Shown here in pieces: positions 46,130 through 55,389 of a DNA stretch of 64,000 nucleotides. The notes under the pieces were generated by a model. That model saw only the letters and a program-made list of their open reading frames with translations, was not told the DNA's origin and made no database searches. Position 1 is the stretch's first letter, and each line of letters begins with the position of its first letter. The DNA is from an uncultured Chitinophaga sp. Its GTDB lineage: Bacteria > Bacteroidota > Bacteroidia > Chitinophagales > LD1. The translations under genes and the position numbers were made by a program. The DNA lies in assembly GCA_964620645.1 (NCBI GenBank), contig CAZUHU010000002.1:781-64780 (forward strand), read 5' to 3'.

Positions 46130-46879
46130 ATGAGGGCGATGATGACAAAATATATGCTTGGTGCGGTGGGCTTGCTCTTTCTGCATGTGGTGGTATATGC
46201 ACAGCAGTTAAATATTCCGTTTACATCGGTGCCTTATAAAAGTGATATACGTGCCGGCAACCGCCTTTTCCAGATAGATAGTTTCAGCAATGCGGCCGAT
46301 GCTGAAGCACAGTACAAAAAGGCCATGGATAAAGAGAATAACGCTCCTGTTGCAGTGTTTAATCTTGGCGATGCCATTTACCAGCAGGGCCGTTACGACA
46401 CAGCAGCCAAGTGGTTTGAGCTTTCGGCAAAAACCAATACCGATTCATTAGTACGGGCTAAGGCCTATCATAATTTGGGTAACAGCTATGCCAAGGCTAA
46501 AACCCCTAATTGGGAGGCTGCTGCAAAAGCCTATAAAGAAGCTTTGAAGCTGAATCCTAAGGATGCGGATACCCGCTATAACCTGGCTTATGCTAACGAA
46601 ATGCTGCGTCAGAAAAACCAGGGCGGAGGCGGTGGCCAAAACAACAAGCAACAGCAAAAAAAGGACGACAAGCAGCAGAACAAACAGAACGATAAGAACC
46701 AGCAATCGAAAAACGAGAAACAGCAGCAGCAACAAAACAGCGGGCAGCAGCCAAAGCTAAATAAGAAGGATGCTGAGCAGTTGTTACAGGCTATTTCTAA
46801 CGAGGAGCAGAAAACAAACCAGAAAATGCAGCAGAAGCAAATGAAGGTTGCCCCTGTTAAGATTGAGAAAGACTGGTAA
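46130..46879 (+). CDS. batC: BatC, TPR protein with Q/N/K-rich C-terminal region
   Basis: TPR-like repeats (AYHNLGNSYAKA.., AYKEALKLNPKDADTRYNLAYA). Low-complexity QNNKQQQKKDDKQQNKQNDKNQQSKNEKQQQQQN. Confidence 0.8.
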   Translation: MRAMMTKYMLGAVGLLFLHVVVYAQQLNIPFTSVPYKSDIRAGNRLFQIDSFSNAADAEAQYKKAMDKENNAPVAVFNLGDAIYQQGRYDTAAKWFELSAKTNTDSLVRAKAYHNLGNSYAKAKTPNWEAAAKAYKEALKLNPKDADTRYNLAYANEMLRQKNQGGGGGQNNKQQQKKDDKQQNKQNDKNQQSKNEKQQQQQNSGQQPKLNKKDAEQLLQAISNEEQKTNQKMQQKQMKVAPVKIEKDW

Positions 46880-46975
46880 ATTGCCTCCTGCAGGCCGCTT
46901 ATTGTGTGAAAAAAATTTAAGCGGGCCACCTTACCATTGACTATCCGTAGGAGAAGTAGAATTTTGCAGTATAAT

Positions 46976-48886
46976 ATGCGTGCACCAAAACCCATAGTTA
47001 GTTATGCAGCAGTTGTAAGGCAGACCGCCTTGCTGTTGTTGCTGTGGTTTGCCTGTGTTACCACCTTTGGCCAGGTGCAGTTTTCGGCCTCGGCGCCGGC
47101 CAGTGTTCCGGTAAATCGCAGTTTCCAGGTTGACTTTAAATTGAACGGTGTAATACGCGGCGGCATTAAAGCTCCCGCTTTTACTGATTTTACAGTTCTA
47201 TCGGGCCCCAACCCTTTTACCGAGCAAATGAATATTAACGGTAAAAAATCGGAGGCCATTACCTTCAGCTATGTGTTACAACCCAAAAAGGAAGGCACTT
47301 TTAAAATAGGTAAAGCCAGTATTGCCGTTGATGGCGTAACAATGGAAAGCAACGAGCTTACTATAAACGTTACAAAAGCTGCAGCACAACAACAGCGCCA
47401 GCAGGCTCAACAGCAATACGACCCCTATGATCCGTTTGGGATGATGCAGGACCCTTTCCAGGACCCCTTCTTTCAGCAACAGCAAACGCCTGAATATTCA
47501 AAAGAAGAATTGCAGAAACGCTTTAAGGATGATTTTATCGTAAAGCTGGAACTGAGCAAAAGCTCTGTTTACAAGGGCGAAATGCTGACGGCTACTTATA
47601 AACTTTACTACCGCCAGAACATGGCTGGCTTTAATGTTACCAAAGCCCCTGCCTTTGACGGTTTCTGGAGCCAGGAAGTAGAACTGGACCCTAAGCGCAA
47701 GCAGAAAATTGAAACGCTTAACGGCAAACAATATCACACTGCTGAAATACTGCAATATAACCTTTACCCGCAGCGTGCAGGTAATCTTACCGTATCATCT
47801 ATAGAAGCTGTGGCTAACCTGCAGGTGATGCTTGGCTCACGCAACCCTTTTGATGTTTTCGGGGGACGTGTGCAGCCTTTTGATATGCAGCTAAAAACCA
47901 ATACGGCAACTATAGAAGTAAAGGAACTTCCGGAGCAGGATAAGCCGGCTGATTACTCGGGTGCCGTAGGTAAGTATAGTTTCGAAACCAAACTTTCTAC
48001 CAAAGAAGTTAAAACAGATGAGCCTGTAACCTACAGCATGAAAATTGCAGGAAGCGGTAACCTTAAAATGGTAGAAGCCCCGGTGGTAAACTTCCCTAAG
48101 GAGTTTGAAGCTTATGACCCGAAGGTGAAGGAGAATGTGAATAACAGCGCAGGCGGTATGAGCGGCAGTAAGGAATACGATTACCTGTTAGTGCCACGTC
48201 AGCCCGGCGATTATGTTATACAACCGCAAACCTTTTCGTACTTCGATCCTTCAAACGGTAAATACATCACTATTAAATCTCCTGAGTATGCCTTAAAAGT
48301 TACCGGCGAACCCAAGCAGGTAACCGAAGTGATTACAGAAGATTTGAAACGGAAAGATGTAGTAACACTGGGCAAGGATATCCGCTATATTAAAACGAAC
48401 CTGCCCGACTTTTCAGGCAGCGGTTTGCTGTTTGGCTCAGCAGGTTTTGTAGCCATGTATTCCACGCCTTTCATTTTGTTTTTGGCGCTGGTTGCTGCTA
48501 AACGAAGGAATGAAAACCTTGAAGCAGATGTAATAGGCACCAAACGCCGTAAGGCATTAAAGCAGGCCAAAAAGCGTCTGACGATAGCCGAAAAATATTT
48601 AGCGGCTAACGATAAGAACAACTTTTATAATGAGGTAAGCCGTTCGGTATGGGGTTACCTGGGCGATAAGCTGAGCATGGATATGGCCGAATTAAGCAAG
48701 GATAATGTGGAAGAAAAGCTATTGGCCAAAAGCGTAAGCGCAGAAACTATCTCAAAATTCAAAGGCTTGATAAACACCTGTGAGTGGGCGCTTTATTCGC
48801 CGGTAGGTGAGGGTGGAGAAATGAAACAGAACTACGAATTAGCCATGAACCTTATGGCCGATTTGGAAAACGAGATTAAAAAATGA
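46976..48886 (+). CDS. batD: BatD (oxygen-tolerance family) protein
   Basis: ORF track start 46937 is TTG. I prefer ATG 46976. Signal/anchor, repeated beta-sandwich regions, a C-terminal TM (FVAMYSTPFILFLALVAA) and a helical tail. Confidence 0.82.
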   Translation: MRAPKPIVSYAAVVRQTALLLLLWFACVTTFGQVQFSASAPASVPVNRSFQVDFKLNGVIRGGIKAPAFTDFTVLSGPNPFTEQMNINGKKSEAITFSYVLQPKKEGTFKIGKASIAVDGVTMESNELTINVTKAAAQQQRQQAQQQYDPYDPFGMMQDPFQDPFFQQQQTPEYSKEELQKRFKDDFIVKLELSKSSVYKGEMLTATYKLYYRQNMAGFNVTKAPAFDGFWSQEVELDPKRKQKIETLNGKQYHTAEILQYNLYPQRAGNLTVSSIEAVANLQVMLGSRNPFDVFGGRVQPFDMQLKTNTATIEVKELPEQDKPADYSGAVGKYSFETKLSTKEVKTDEPVTYSMKIAGSGNLKMVEAPVVNFPKEFEAYDPKVKENVNNSAGGMSGSKEYDYLLVPRQPGDYVIQPQTFSYFDPSNGKYITIKSPEYALKVTGEPKQVTEVITEDLKRKDVVTLGKDIRYIKTNLPDFSGSGLLFGSAGFVAMYSTPFILFLALVAAKRRNENLEADVIGTKRRKALKQAKKRLTIAEKYLAANDKNNFYNEVSRSVWGYLGDKLSMDMAELSKDNVEEKLLAKSVSAETISKFKGLINTCEWALYSPVGEGGEMKQNYELAMNLMADLENEIKK

Positions 48887-49668
48887 ACGGCGGCATAAAC
48901 ATATTAGCATATTGTAGGCACAAGCAGTGGTTTTTGGCCGGTCTGTTGGTGTTCTTTACTGCTTTCAGTTTTGCACAAACCACGGCCCAGTTATACCAAA
49001 GTGCGGCCAAGTTATATCAGCAAAATCAATTTGCAGAAGCCGCAGCGGCCTATGAAAAAATAATTGCACAGGGTGGTGCAGTGCCCGAAGTTTATTTCAA
49101 CCTGGGCAATAGCTATTACAAGCTAAACAACCTGGGCAAGGCCATTCTAAATTATGAACGCGCCAACCGTCTAGCACCCGAGGATGAAGACATCATACAC
49201 AACTTAAAGCTTGCACAAAGCCATGCTGTAGATAAAGTAACCCCGGTACCGCAACTTGGCGTAGTGCGTTGGTGTAACGATTTAGTATGCTCCTATTCTG
49301 CTAAAGGGTGGGCAATGTGGTCTTTAGCAACCGCATGGCTGGCATTTATTGCTTTTGCTGCATACCTCTTTATGTCTTCTTACAGGGCGGTGCCACGCTT
49401 TGCCGGTATTGTGCTGGTGCTGCTTTCATTCACTTTTCTGTTTTTATGGCGTTGGCAACACAGCAACGTACATAATTCGGGCTATGCAGTTTTAGTAACT
49501 GAAAATATTTATGCCAAAACAGCCCCTGATGGATCATCTAATAATGCCTTTCAAATCCACGAGGGTATTAAGTTTTTGCTGCTGGATAAGGTTGGGGAAT
49601 GGAACAAGATTCGCCTGGCTGATGGCAAAGTGGGTTGGGTTGCTTCCGGCAGTTTCGAGAAAATATGA
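48883..49668 (+). CDS. batE: BatE, TPR plus SH3b-domain membrane protein
   Basis: ATGA start/stop overlap with batD. TPR (VYFNLGNSYYKLNNLGKAILNYERANRLAP), TMs, and C-terminal SH3-like GEWNKIRLADGKVGWVASGSFEKI. Confidence 0.82.
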   Translation: MNGGINILAYCRHKQWFLAGLLVFFTAFSFAQTTAQLYQSAAKLYQQNQFAEAAAAYEKIIAQGGAVPEVYFNLGNSYYKLNNLGKAILNYERANRLAPEDEDIIHNLKLAQSHAVDKVTPVPQLGVVRWCNDLVCSYSAKGWAMWSLATAWLAFIAFAAYLFMSSYRAVPRFAGIVLVLLSFTFLFLWRWQHSNVHNSGYAVLVTENIYAKTAPDGSSNNAFQIHEGIKFLLLDKVGEWNKIRLADGKVGWVASGSFEKI

Positions 49669-49773
49669 TTTACCGCTTCACTGGAGGTGTAAATAAATCA
49701 TATTATTATTCCCCCTATATCTAACAATCTTCTTACTTTAGGTTTAATTATTCAACCACCTAAAACTTACATT

Positions 49774-50118
49774 ATGGGCTTTAAAGAAGAGTTTAAAGAG
49801 TTTGCCCTTAAGGGAAACGTACTTGATATGGCCGTTGGTATCATTATCGGCGCCGAGTTTGGAAAGATTGTAAACTCTATGGTAAACGATGTTATCATGC
49901 CGCCAATCGGTTACGTTATTGGTGGAGTTACTTTTACCGATCTTAAGTTGGTATTAAAGCCCGCTGATGCTGCTGCTAATGCCGCCGAAGTGGCTGTTAA
50001 GTATGGGTCCTTTATTCAGAGTTGTTTCAACTTTTTGATTATTGCCCTTGCCATTTTTATGATGATAAAGGTGATTAACAAACTGCGCCCCGAAACTGTA
50101 AAGGAAAAAACCTCTTAA
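49774..50118 (+). CDS. mscL: large-conductance mechanosensitive channel
   Basis: [40 protein letters not shown] is a near-canonical MscL N-terminus/TM1. Confidence 0.93.
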   Translation: MGFKEEFKEFALKGNVLDMAVGIIIGAEFGKIVNSMVNDVIMPPIGYVIGGVTFTDLKLVLKPADAAANAAEVAVKYGSFIQSCFNFLIIALAIFMMIKVINKLRPETVKEKTS

Positions 50119-50121
50119 GAA

Positions 50122-50733
50122 TTAAAAGGTGCCCACGCGGAAGAAGATAAGTCCGCTAACGCCGCTCAGGTCCATAGCTTTTAAACCAAAAAGCTGTGGG
50201 CCAAACACGGCTTTGTAGCTAAGCCCTGCCCCCAACCTGAAATAGGGCGTAGCATTATATATACCATACACAGCAGGTATAACCGCTCCCCAATCCCTAC
50301 GCTGGTATAAATCCTTTGGCCATTCAAATTTTGCTGAAGCCCAACCGGCGCACAGTTCAGGTTGCAGGCTGAACATTTTGTTTTCAAAGAAAATATAGCT
50401 GAACGCCAAACCTGCAAAGTGATGTTTAAGATAAACGGGGTTGCTGTAATAGGGCACAACAGTAGGCTGCACATTTATTTGTGTACTGGGCGTTTGGTAG
50501 CGTGCGCTTACCACAAACTTATGATTGATAACCCAGTTAAGGCTAAAACCGATGTTCATGCCGGCTTTATCTTTATAAACCTGGCCAACGCCGGCATCTA
50601 CCCCTACATAGGCGCGGCTATTGAACTTTTTGGCTTTAAAAAAGGGCTCGTTGGTAGTGGTATCCTCCAGCATTAACTGCGCTGAAGCAGAAAGTGTTAT
50701 TACTGAAAAAAGGAGTACCCAAAGGCTTTTCAC
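50122..50733 (-). CDS. hypothetical outer-membrane beta-barrel-like protein
   Basis: ORF track runs to 50814. A GTG at 50733 gives MKSLWVLLFSVITLSASAQ. Alternating-hydrophobic strands, ending ..IFFRVGTF. The start is uncertain. Confidence 0.55.
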   Translation of the reverse strand: MKSLWVLLFSVITLSASAQLMLEDTTTNEPFFKAKKFNSRAYVGVDAGVGQVYKDKAGMNIGFSLNWVINHKFVVSARYQTPSTQINVQPTVVPYYSNPVYLKHHFAGLAFSYIFFENKMFSLQPELCAGWASAKFEWPKDLYQRRDWGAVIPAVYGIYNATPYFRLGAGLSYKAVFGPQLFGLKAMDLSGVSGLIFFRVGTF

Positions 50734-50844
50734 AGCACGATTATAGCAAAAAGCAGCCTTAGAATGGCCCCTAAAACCAAGTAATACACGCCTATGGATT
50801 ATAAGTAGTTCCACAAACTGCCATAATTTCTATTTTCACGCTGC

Positions 50845-52185
50845 ATGTATGCTATCATAGACGTTGAAACCACGGGCGGCAGCCCAAGCATGGACCGCAT
50901 TATTGAGGTGGCCGTGTTTGTTTATGATGGCGAAAAAGTGTTGGACTCGTTCTCTACCCTATTGAACCCCAAGCGGTTAATAGACCCCTATGTTACTAAA
51001 CTTACCGGCATTACACAGGAAATGGTGAATGATGCCCCTTCGTTTGAGGATGTGCATGAACGCCTGCTGGAAATGACGCACGAGGCCATTTTTGTGGCCC
51101 ATAACGTAAAGTTTGACTTTGGTATGGTGCGCCAGGAGTTTAAGCGCCTGGGTATTGATTTTAACCGCCGCCAGTTAGATACGGTTAACCTTTCACGCCG
51201 CGTGGTTCCCGGCTTTAACTCATATAGCCTTGGTAACATTTGTGATAGCCTGGGTATAGAAATAAACGCCCGCCACCGCGCCTATGGCGATGCGGAGGCA
51301 ACGGTTAAGTTGCTGGAGGCTATACTCGCCAAACCATCCTCTGCTAAGTACATCGAAATTGAGTTGAACCACGGTATTGATGTGGACCTGTTGCCGCCCT
51401 ATTTATCTAAAGCGGAAATAGAAAAGCTGCCTGAAGATGCAGGCGTGTTTTATTACAGGGACGAAGTCGGCAAGGTGCTGTTTTTAGAAGGCGTAAAAAA
51501 TATCCGGCGGAAGGTTATCTCTCATTTTTCATCTCCTGCAGATTCAGTAGAGCGCAAGCGAATGTTTGAATTGATGCGCAGTATTGATTATGAGTTAAGC
51601 GGTAATGAACTTACAGCAAGGCTGCTTGCCTATCGCGAATTGAAAAAGCATCAACCGGAGTTTAACAAGAAGCCCCGCATACAACCGTACACGCACGGTA
51701 TCTTTTTATCAAAAGATGAGCAAGGCTTTAATCAGCTTAAAATACACCCGCTTAGTTGGGAGTTGGGCGAGTTGATGCTGCGCTTTTCATCAAAGGCTAC
51801 GGCCAACAAAGTACTTGGCAAAATAATACGCGAGAACAGCCTGCACGGTTGGTTTGCCCTGCGCTCTAAAATGAAGGAGAAAGGTGTAGACCAGAAATCG
51901 TTGAAGAGCTACAACGCCATGATTGAGAAGGCGGCACGCAAATATTTATACAAGCATCCTAATTTCTTTATTGTGGCAGAGGGCATACACCCCGATGAGC
52001 ACTCTGTAGTTTGGATAGAGAACAACGTGTACCAGGGCTTTGGTTACTTTAATCCGGAGCTTACTGAAATGGTGCCCGAAAAACTTAAGGAGCTGGTAAA
52101 GGCGGATGAAGACGATTTCGAAGTGCAGAAAATTATAAAGAGCCAGCTGCGCCGTATGAAAGGCATTAAAATAATTTCTTATTAA
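50845..52185 (+). CDS. DnaQ-like 3'-5' exonuclease fused to a GIY-YIG (UvrC/Cho-like) nuclease domain
   Basis: Exo I AIIDVETTG, Exo II VAHNVKFDFGM, Exo III HRAYGDAEAT. Then GVFYYRDEVGKVLFLEGVKNIRRKV (GIY-YIG pattern). Confidence 0.85.
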   Translation: MYAIIDVETTGGSPSMDRIIEVAVFVYDGEKVLDSFSTLLNPKRLIDPYVTKLTGITQEMVNDAPSFEDVHERLLEMTHEAIFVAHNVKFDFGMVRQEFKRLGIDFNRRQLDTVNLSRRVVPGFNSYSLGNICDSLGIEINARHRAYGDAEATVKLLEAILAKPSSAKYIEIELNHGIDVDLLPPYLSKAEIEKLPEDAGVFYYRDEVGKVLFLEGVKNIRRKVISHFSSPADSVERKRMFELMRSIDYELSGNELTARLLAYRELKKHQPEFNKKPRIQPYTHGIFLSKDEQGFNQLKIHPLSWELGELMLRFSSKATANKVLGKIIRENSLHGWFALRSKMKEKGVDQKSLKSYNAMIEKAARKYLYKHPNFFIVAEGIHPDEHSVVWIENNVYQGFGYFNPELTEMVPEKLKELVKADEDDFEVQKIIKSQLRRMKGIKIISY

Positions 52186-52202
52186 TTACTTGCCCCTATA
52201 AA

Positions 52203-52763
52203 ATGAAGAAGGTATTGTTTATTGACCGTGACGGTACGTTGATACTGGAAACGGACGACTTTAAAATTGAGAAATTTCACAAGCTGGTTTTTTACCCCGG
52301 TGTGTTTCAGTGGTTAGGGCGTATTGCGCGCGAGCTGGACTACGAATTGGTAATGGTAACTAACCAGGACGGATTAGGCACACCTGATTTTCCGGAAGCG
52401 GATTTTTGGGAGGTGCAGAATTTTATAATGAAGACCTTTGAAGGCGAAGGGATAAAATTTGCGGAGGTGTTTATTGATAAATCGTACCCGCACGAAAACC
52501 TGCCTACCCGCAAACCGGGCATCGGCATGCTAACCGCTTATATGAAGGGGCATTACGACTTAAAGAACTCCTTTGTTATAGGCGACCGTATTACTGATGT
52601 GATGCTGGCAAAAAATCTGGATGCCAAGTGCATATGGCTGAACGATGGCCGCAACCTTGGCGCTACGGAAGTAACCGGTAACAGCCAAACCCTTAAAGAA
52701 TACATTGCACTTGAAACCCGCGATTGGGAAGTGCTTTATAACTACCTGAAGGGATTAAAATAA
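52203..52763 (+). CDS. HAD-IIIA phosphatase (histidinol-phosphatase / heptose-bisphosphate phosphatase family)
   Basis: Motif I FIDRDGTLI, motif II VTNQDG, motif IV GDRITD. 17 nt after the exonuclease gene. Confidence 0.82.
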   Translation: MKKVLFIDRDGTLILETDDFKIEKFHKLVFYPGVFQWLGRIARELDYELVMVTNQDGLGTPDFPEADFWEVQNFIMKTFEGEGIKFAEVFIDKSYPHENLPTRKPGIGMLTAYMKGHYDLKNSFVIGDRITDVMLAKNLDAKCIWLNDGRNLGATEVTGNSQTLKEYIALETRDWEVLYNYLKGLK

Positions 52764-52792
52764 AAAAGGGCCGTAAGGCCCTTTATATTTTT
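52762..52792. terminator. bidirectional rho-independent terminator between convergent genes
   Basis: Stem aaagggcc / ggcccttt (52765-52772 / 52777-52784), loop gtaa. Flanked by an A-run on the left and a T-run on the right. Confidence 0.85.
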
Positions 52793-53297
52793 AGTGGTGC
52801 GAATGGTCGCCGTGCTCATGCACGTGGCCGTGTTCAATTTCAGTTGGGTTGGCTTCGCGCACTTCAATTACCTCGCCGCTAAAGTAAAGTGTTTTACCGG
52901 CGAAAGGGTGGTTAAGATCCACGGTTACCTTATCGTCAGCTACTTTTACAATACGGCCCTGGAACGGGTTACCGTATTGGTCCTGCAGGGGAACGATGTT
53001 GCCTACAAAAATCATTTCGTTTTGTACCACGCCTTCATGCGAAAAAACGTTTTTATCTAATTCAATTACAGCTTGCTCATCGTATTCGCCATAACCTTCT
53101 TCAGCAGTTAGTGTAAAGCTGAACTGGTTGCCGGCAATTTTGCCTTCCAGGTTTTTCTCAAATTTATCTAACACATTATTATGTCCGAAAAGGAAACTGA
53201 AGGGGTTTTCGCGGTCGGCCGCATCTCTTACTTCGCCATTAGGCTCGGTACGTAATTCATAGGTTAACTTAACAACGGTATCATTACCAGCTTTCAT
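52791..53297 (-). CDS. slyD: FKBP-type peptidyl-prolyl isomerase SlyD with His-rich tail
   Basis: VKLTYELR...PFSFLFGHNNVLDKFE, an IF-domain insertion, and the C-terminal tail EIEHGHVHEHGDHSHH. Confidence 0.88.
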   Translation of the reverse strand: MKAGNDTVVKLTYELRTEPNGEVRDAADRENPFSFLFGHNNVLDKFEKNLEGKIAGNQFSFTLTAEEGYGEYDEQAVIELDKNVFSHEGVVQNEMIFVGNIVPLQDQYGNPFQGRIVKVADDKVTVDLNHPFAGKTLYFSGEVIEVREANPTEIEHGHVHEHGDHSHH

Positions 53298-53413
53298 GTT
53301 TTACTGTTTGTAGATTAAAGAATTGCAGACTTTATGCCAGTGACGATGCCGGAGGGTATGTTAATGGATTAGTCTGCTGCAAAATTAAAAAACGGGGCGA
53401 GAATGCACCCAAA

Positions 53414-54061
53414 TCAGGGTTTTACAGCCAAAATATATTCGGCAAAACCGAAGTAATCCCAAAAAATGCTGGGGATTATTTTCCCATACACAATAAGGTT
53501 ATGAGGAATTTTGAATGGCATCAGCAACATGGTAGGTAAATGCCTGCGGTAACCGCCCGTAAGCACTTTCATGTTATTGCGCATGGCCAGGTTCATTAGT
53601 TCGGGTACTGAATAAATGCGCACATGCGTAGGATCGTCATAATAATTAAGGGTGCCGTCCATATGCGGCAATTGCGAAGAGCGGTAGCCGGGAAACTCAA
53701 TGTAAATAAGCCCGCCGGGGCGTAGTTTGGTTAATAGTTGTTCTACTACATCATCGCCATTGCGCAGGTGTTCAATCACATGCGCCATCATTATAAAGTC
53801 GAAATAGTTATCAGGAATGACGCCGAAGTTTAGCTCCTCCAGGTTCATTTCATAAAAGGAGTGCATGACCTTAAAATCGCTCTCGTCGTTGTTGTAGTTC
53901 TTATCCAGGTCTACACCATGGTACTCGCAGTTAGGGTACCACTTTTTGGTTTTGGAAGCTGAATGGTTACCTGCACCAATATCCAACAGCCGGAAGGGTT
54001 TGTTTCCGATATGTTTTTCGAGAAAGCGGTATTTAGGGGGTAGTGTTAGCCAGCGAATCAA
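53414..54061 (-). CDS. class I SAM-dependent methyltransferase
   Basis: Motif I LLDIGAGNH, an acidic loop, and post-I HGVDLD. 41 nt downstream of queA. Confidence 0.8.
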   Translation of the reverse strand: MIRWLTLPPKYRFLEKHIGNKPFRLLDIGAGNHSASKTKKWYPNCEYHGVDLDKNYNNDESDFKVMHSFYEMNLEELNFGVIPDNYFDFIMMAHVIEHLRNGDDVVEQLLTKLRPGGLIYIEFPGYRSSQLPHMDGTLNYYDDPTHVRIYSVPELMNLAMRNNMKVLTGGYRRHLPTMLLMPFKIPHNLIVYGKIIPSIFWDYFGFAEYILAVKP

Positions 54062-54102
54062 ACCAAATGAGTTTTAGCAAATGTATAAAACCATTTTAAA
54101 GC

Positions 54103-55320
54103 CTAAGGCTTTGCAAACAACAGGCTGCTATCGCCATAGCTGAGGAAGCGAAAGTTGTGCTCAAGGGCATAATTATATATAGTACGCCATGGCGCACCAA
54201 CTACTGCAGCCACCAGCAAAAGAAGCGTAGAGTTAGGTTGGTGGAAGTTGGTAATTAATGCCTGCGCAATCTTAAGTCGGTAAGGCGGCGATATAAGAAT
54301 TTGTGTTTTGGTATTCAGCCTCTCCAGGCCATGTAGTTCCATCCACCTTAGTAATTGTTTCAAAGCTGCGGCTGCTGTAATTGTCTCCCTTTCTTCATAG
54401 GGGTCCCATTGCCTTATAACCATTTCTTCAGGTGGTAAAGCTTGTTGTGCTGCCGCTTTTATACCCATCCAGTAAAGGCTTTCTAAGGTGCGTAGCGAAG
54501 TGGTGCCGACGGCTATAACCGGTAATGCAGCCTCTAATTGTGCATACAGTTTTTCAATAACAACCAGCGGAACGTCAATCATCTCAAAGTGCATGTCGTG
54601 CTCTTTAAGTGTTTCGCTTTTTACAGGCTTAAAGGTACCGGCCCCAACATGCAGGCTAAGTTCTGCTGTGCTTATTTGCTTGTTCTTTAGCGTTTCCAAA
54701 ACAAGGGGTGTAAAATGCAGGCCGGCGGTAGGTGCTGCCACTGAGCCCTCGTACCTGGCATATACGGTTTGGTAGCGTGTAAGGTCAAGCTCTTCACTTT
54801 GGCGGTGCAGGTAAGGGGGTATAGGCATAACGCCTGCCTTATCCAGTATTTCAGCAAAGCTTAACTGTTCGGGCTGCCAATTAAACTCCACAATAAAATT
54901 GTCCGCATCACGGCCAACTAACTCTACCGCCAATTCAAAATCCTTGTGCTGCAACTTCAACACTTTCTCCTTCCATTTGCTTGCACGGCCTATCAGGCAT
55001 TTCCAACGTACGGTTTTCATGCGGCTCATAGCGCTGGCCATGTCCCGCAGTTCATCGGCCGGCTCCAGGCAAAACACTTCAACCTTTGCACCGGTGGCGG
55101 TGGTAAAAAACAAACGGGCCTGCACCACTTTGGTGTTATTAAATACCAGCAGGCTCTTTTCCGGCAGGTACGTGCTGATGTTTTTGAAAACATCCTCTTT
55201 TATTTCCTGATCATATATCAGCAACCTGCTGGCATCGCGCTCGGCTAATGGGTATTGCGCTATACGTTCAGCGGGTAAGTGGTAGGTGTAGTCGCTTATG
55301 TGTATTTCAGACGGATGCAC
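54103..55320 (-). CDS. queA: S-adenosylmethionine:tRNA ribosyltransferase-isomerase
   Basis: ISDYTYHLPAERIAQYPL...RDASRLL, VAAPTAGLHFT, HVGAGTFKPV, TNFHQPNSTLL. No ATG near the N-terminus. Candidate starts are GTG 55320 (preferred) or TTG 55332 (ORF track). Confidence 0.9.
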   Translation of the reverse strand: MHPSEIHISDYTYHLPAERIAQYPLAERDASRLLIYDQEIKEDVFKNISTYLPEKSLLVFNNTKVVQARLFFTTATGAKVEVFCLEPADELRDMASAMSRMKTVRWKCLIGRASKWKEKVLKLQHKDFELAVELVGRDADNFIVEFNWQPEQLSFAEILDKAGVMPIPPYLHRQSEELDLTRYQTVYARYEGSVAAPTAGLHFTPLVLETLKNKQISTAELSLHVGAGTFKPVKSETLKEHDMHFEMIDVPLVVIEKLYAQLEAALPVIAVGTTSLRTLESLYWMGIKAAAQQALPPEEMVIRQWDPYEERETITAAAALKQLLRWMELHGLERLNTKTQILISPPYRLKIAQALITNFHQPNSTLLLLVAAVVGAPWRTIYNYALEHNFRFLSYGDSSLLFAKP

Positions 55321-55330
55321 ACCACAAATC

Positions 55331-55364
55331 AAAACAAAAAAGCCATGCGCAAAAGCGCACGGCT
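55331..55364 (-). terminator. rho-independent terminator of the repeat-protein gene
   Basis: Minus strand: agccgtgcgc-tttt-gcgcatggct (10 bp, one G-U pair), then ttttttgtttt. Confidence 0.85.
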
Positions 55365-55389
55365 AACCTTACCTTAAAAACAGAAGAGT

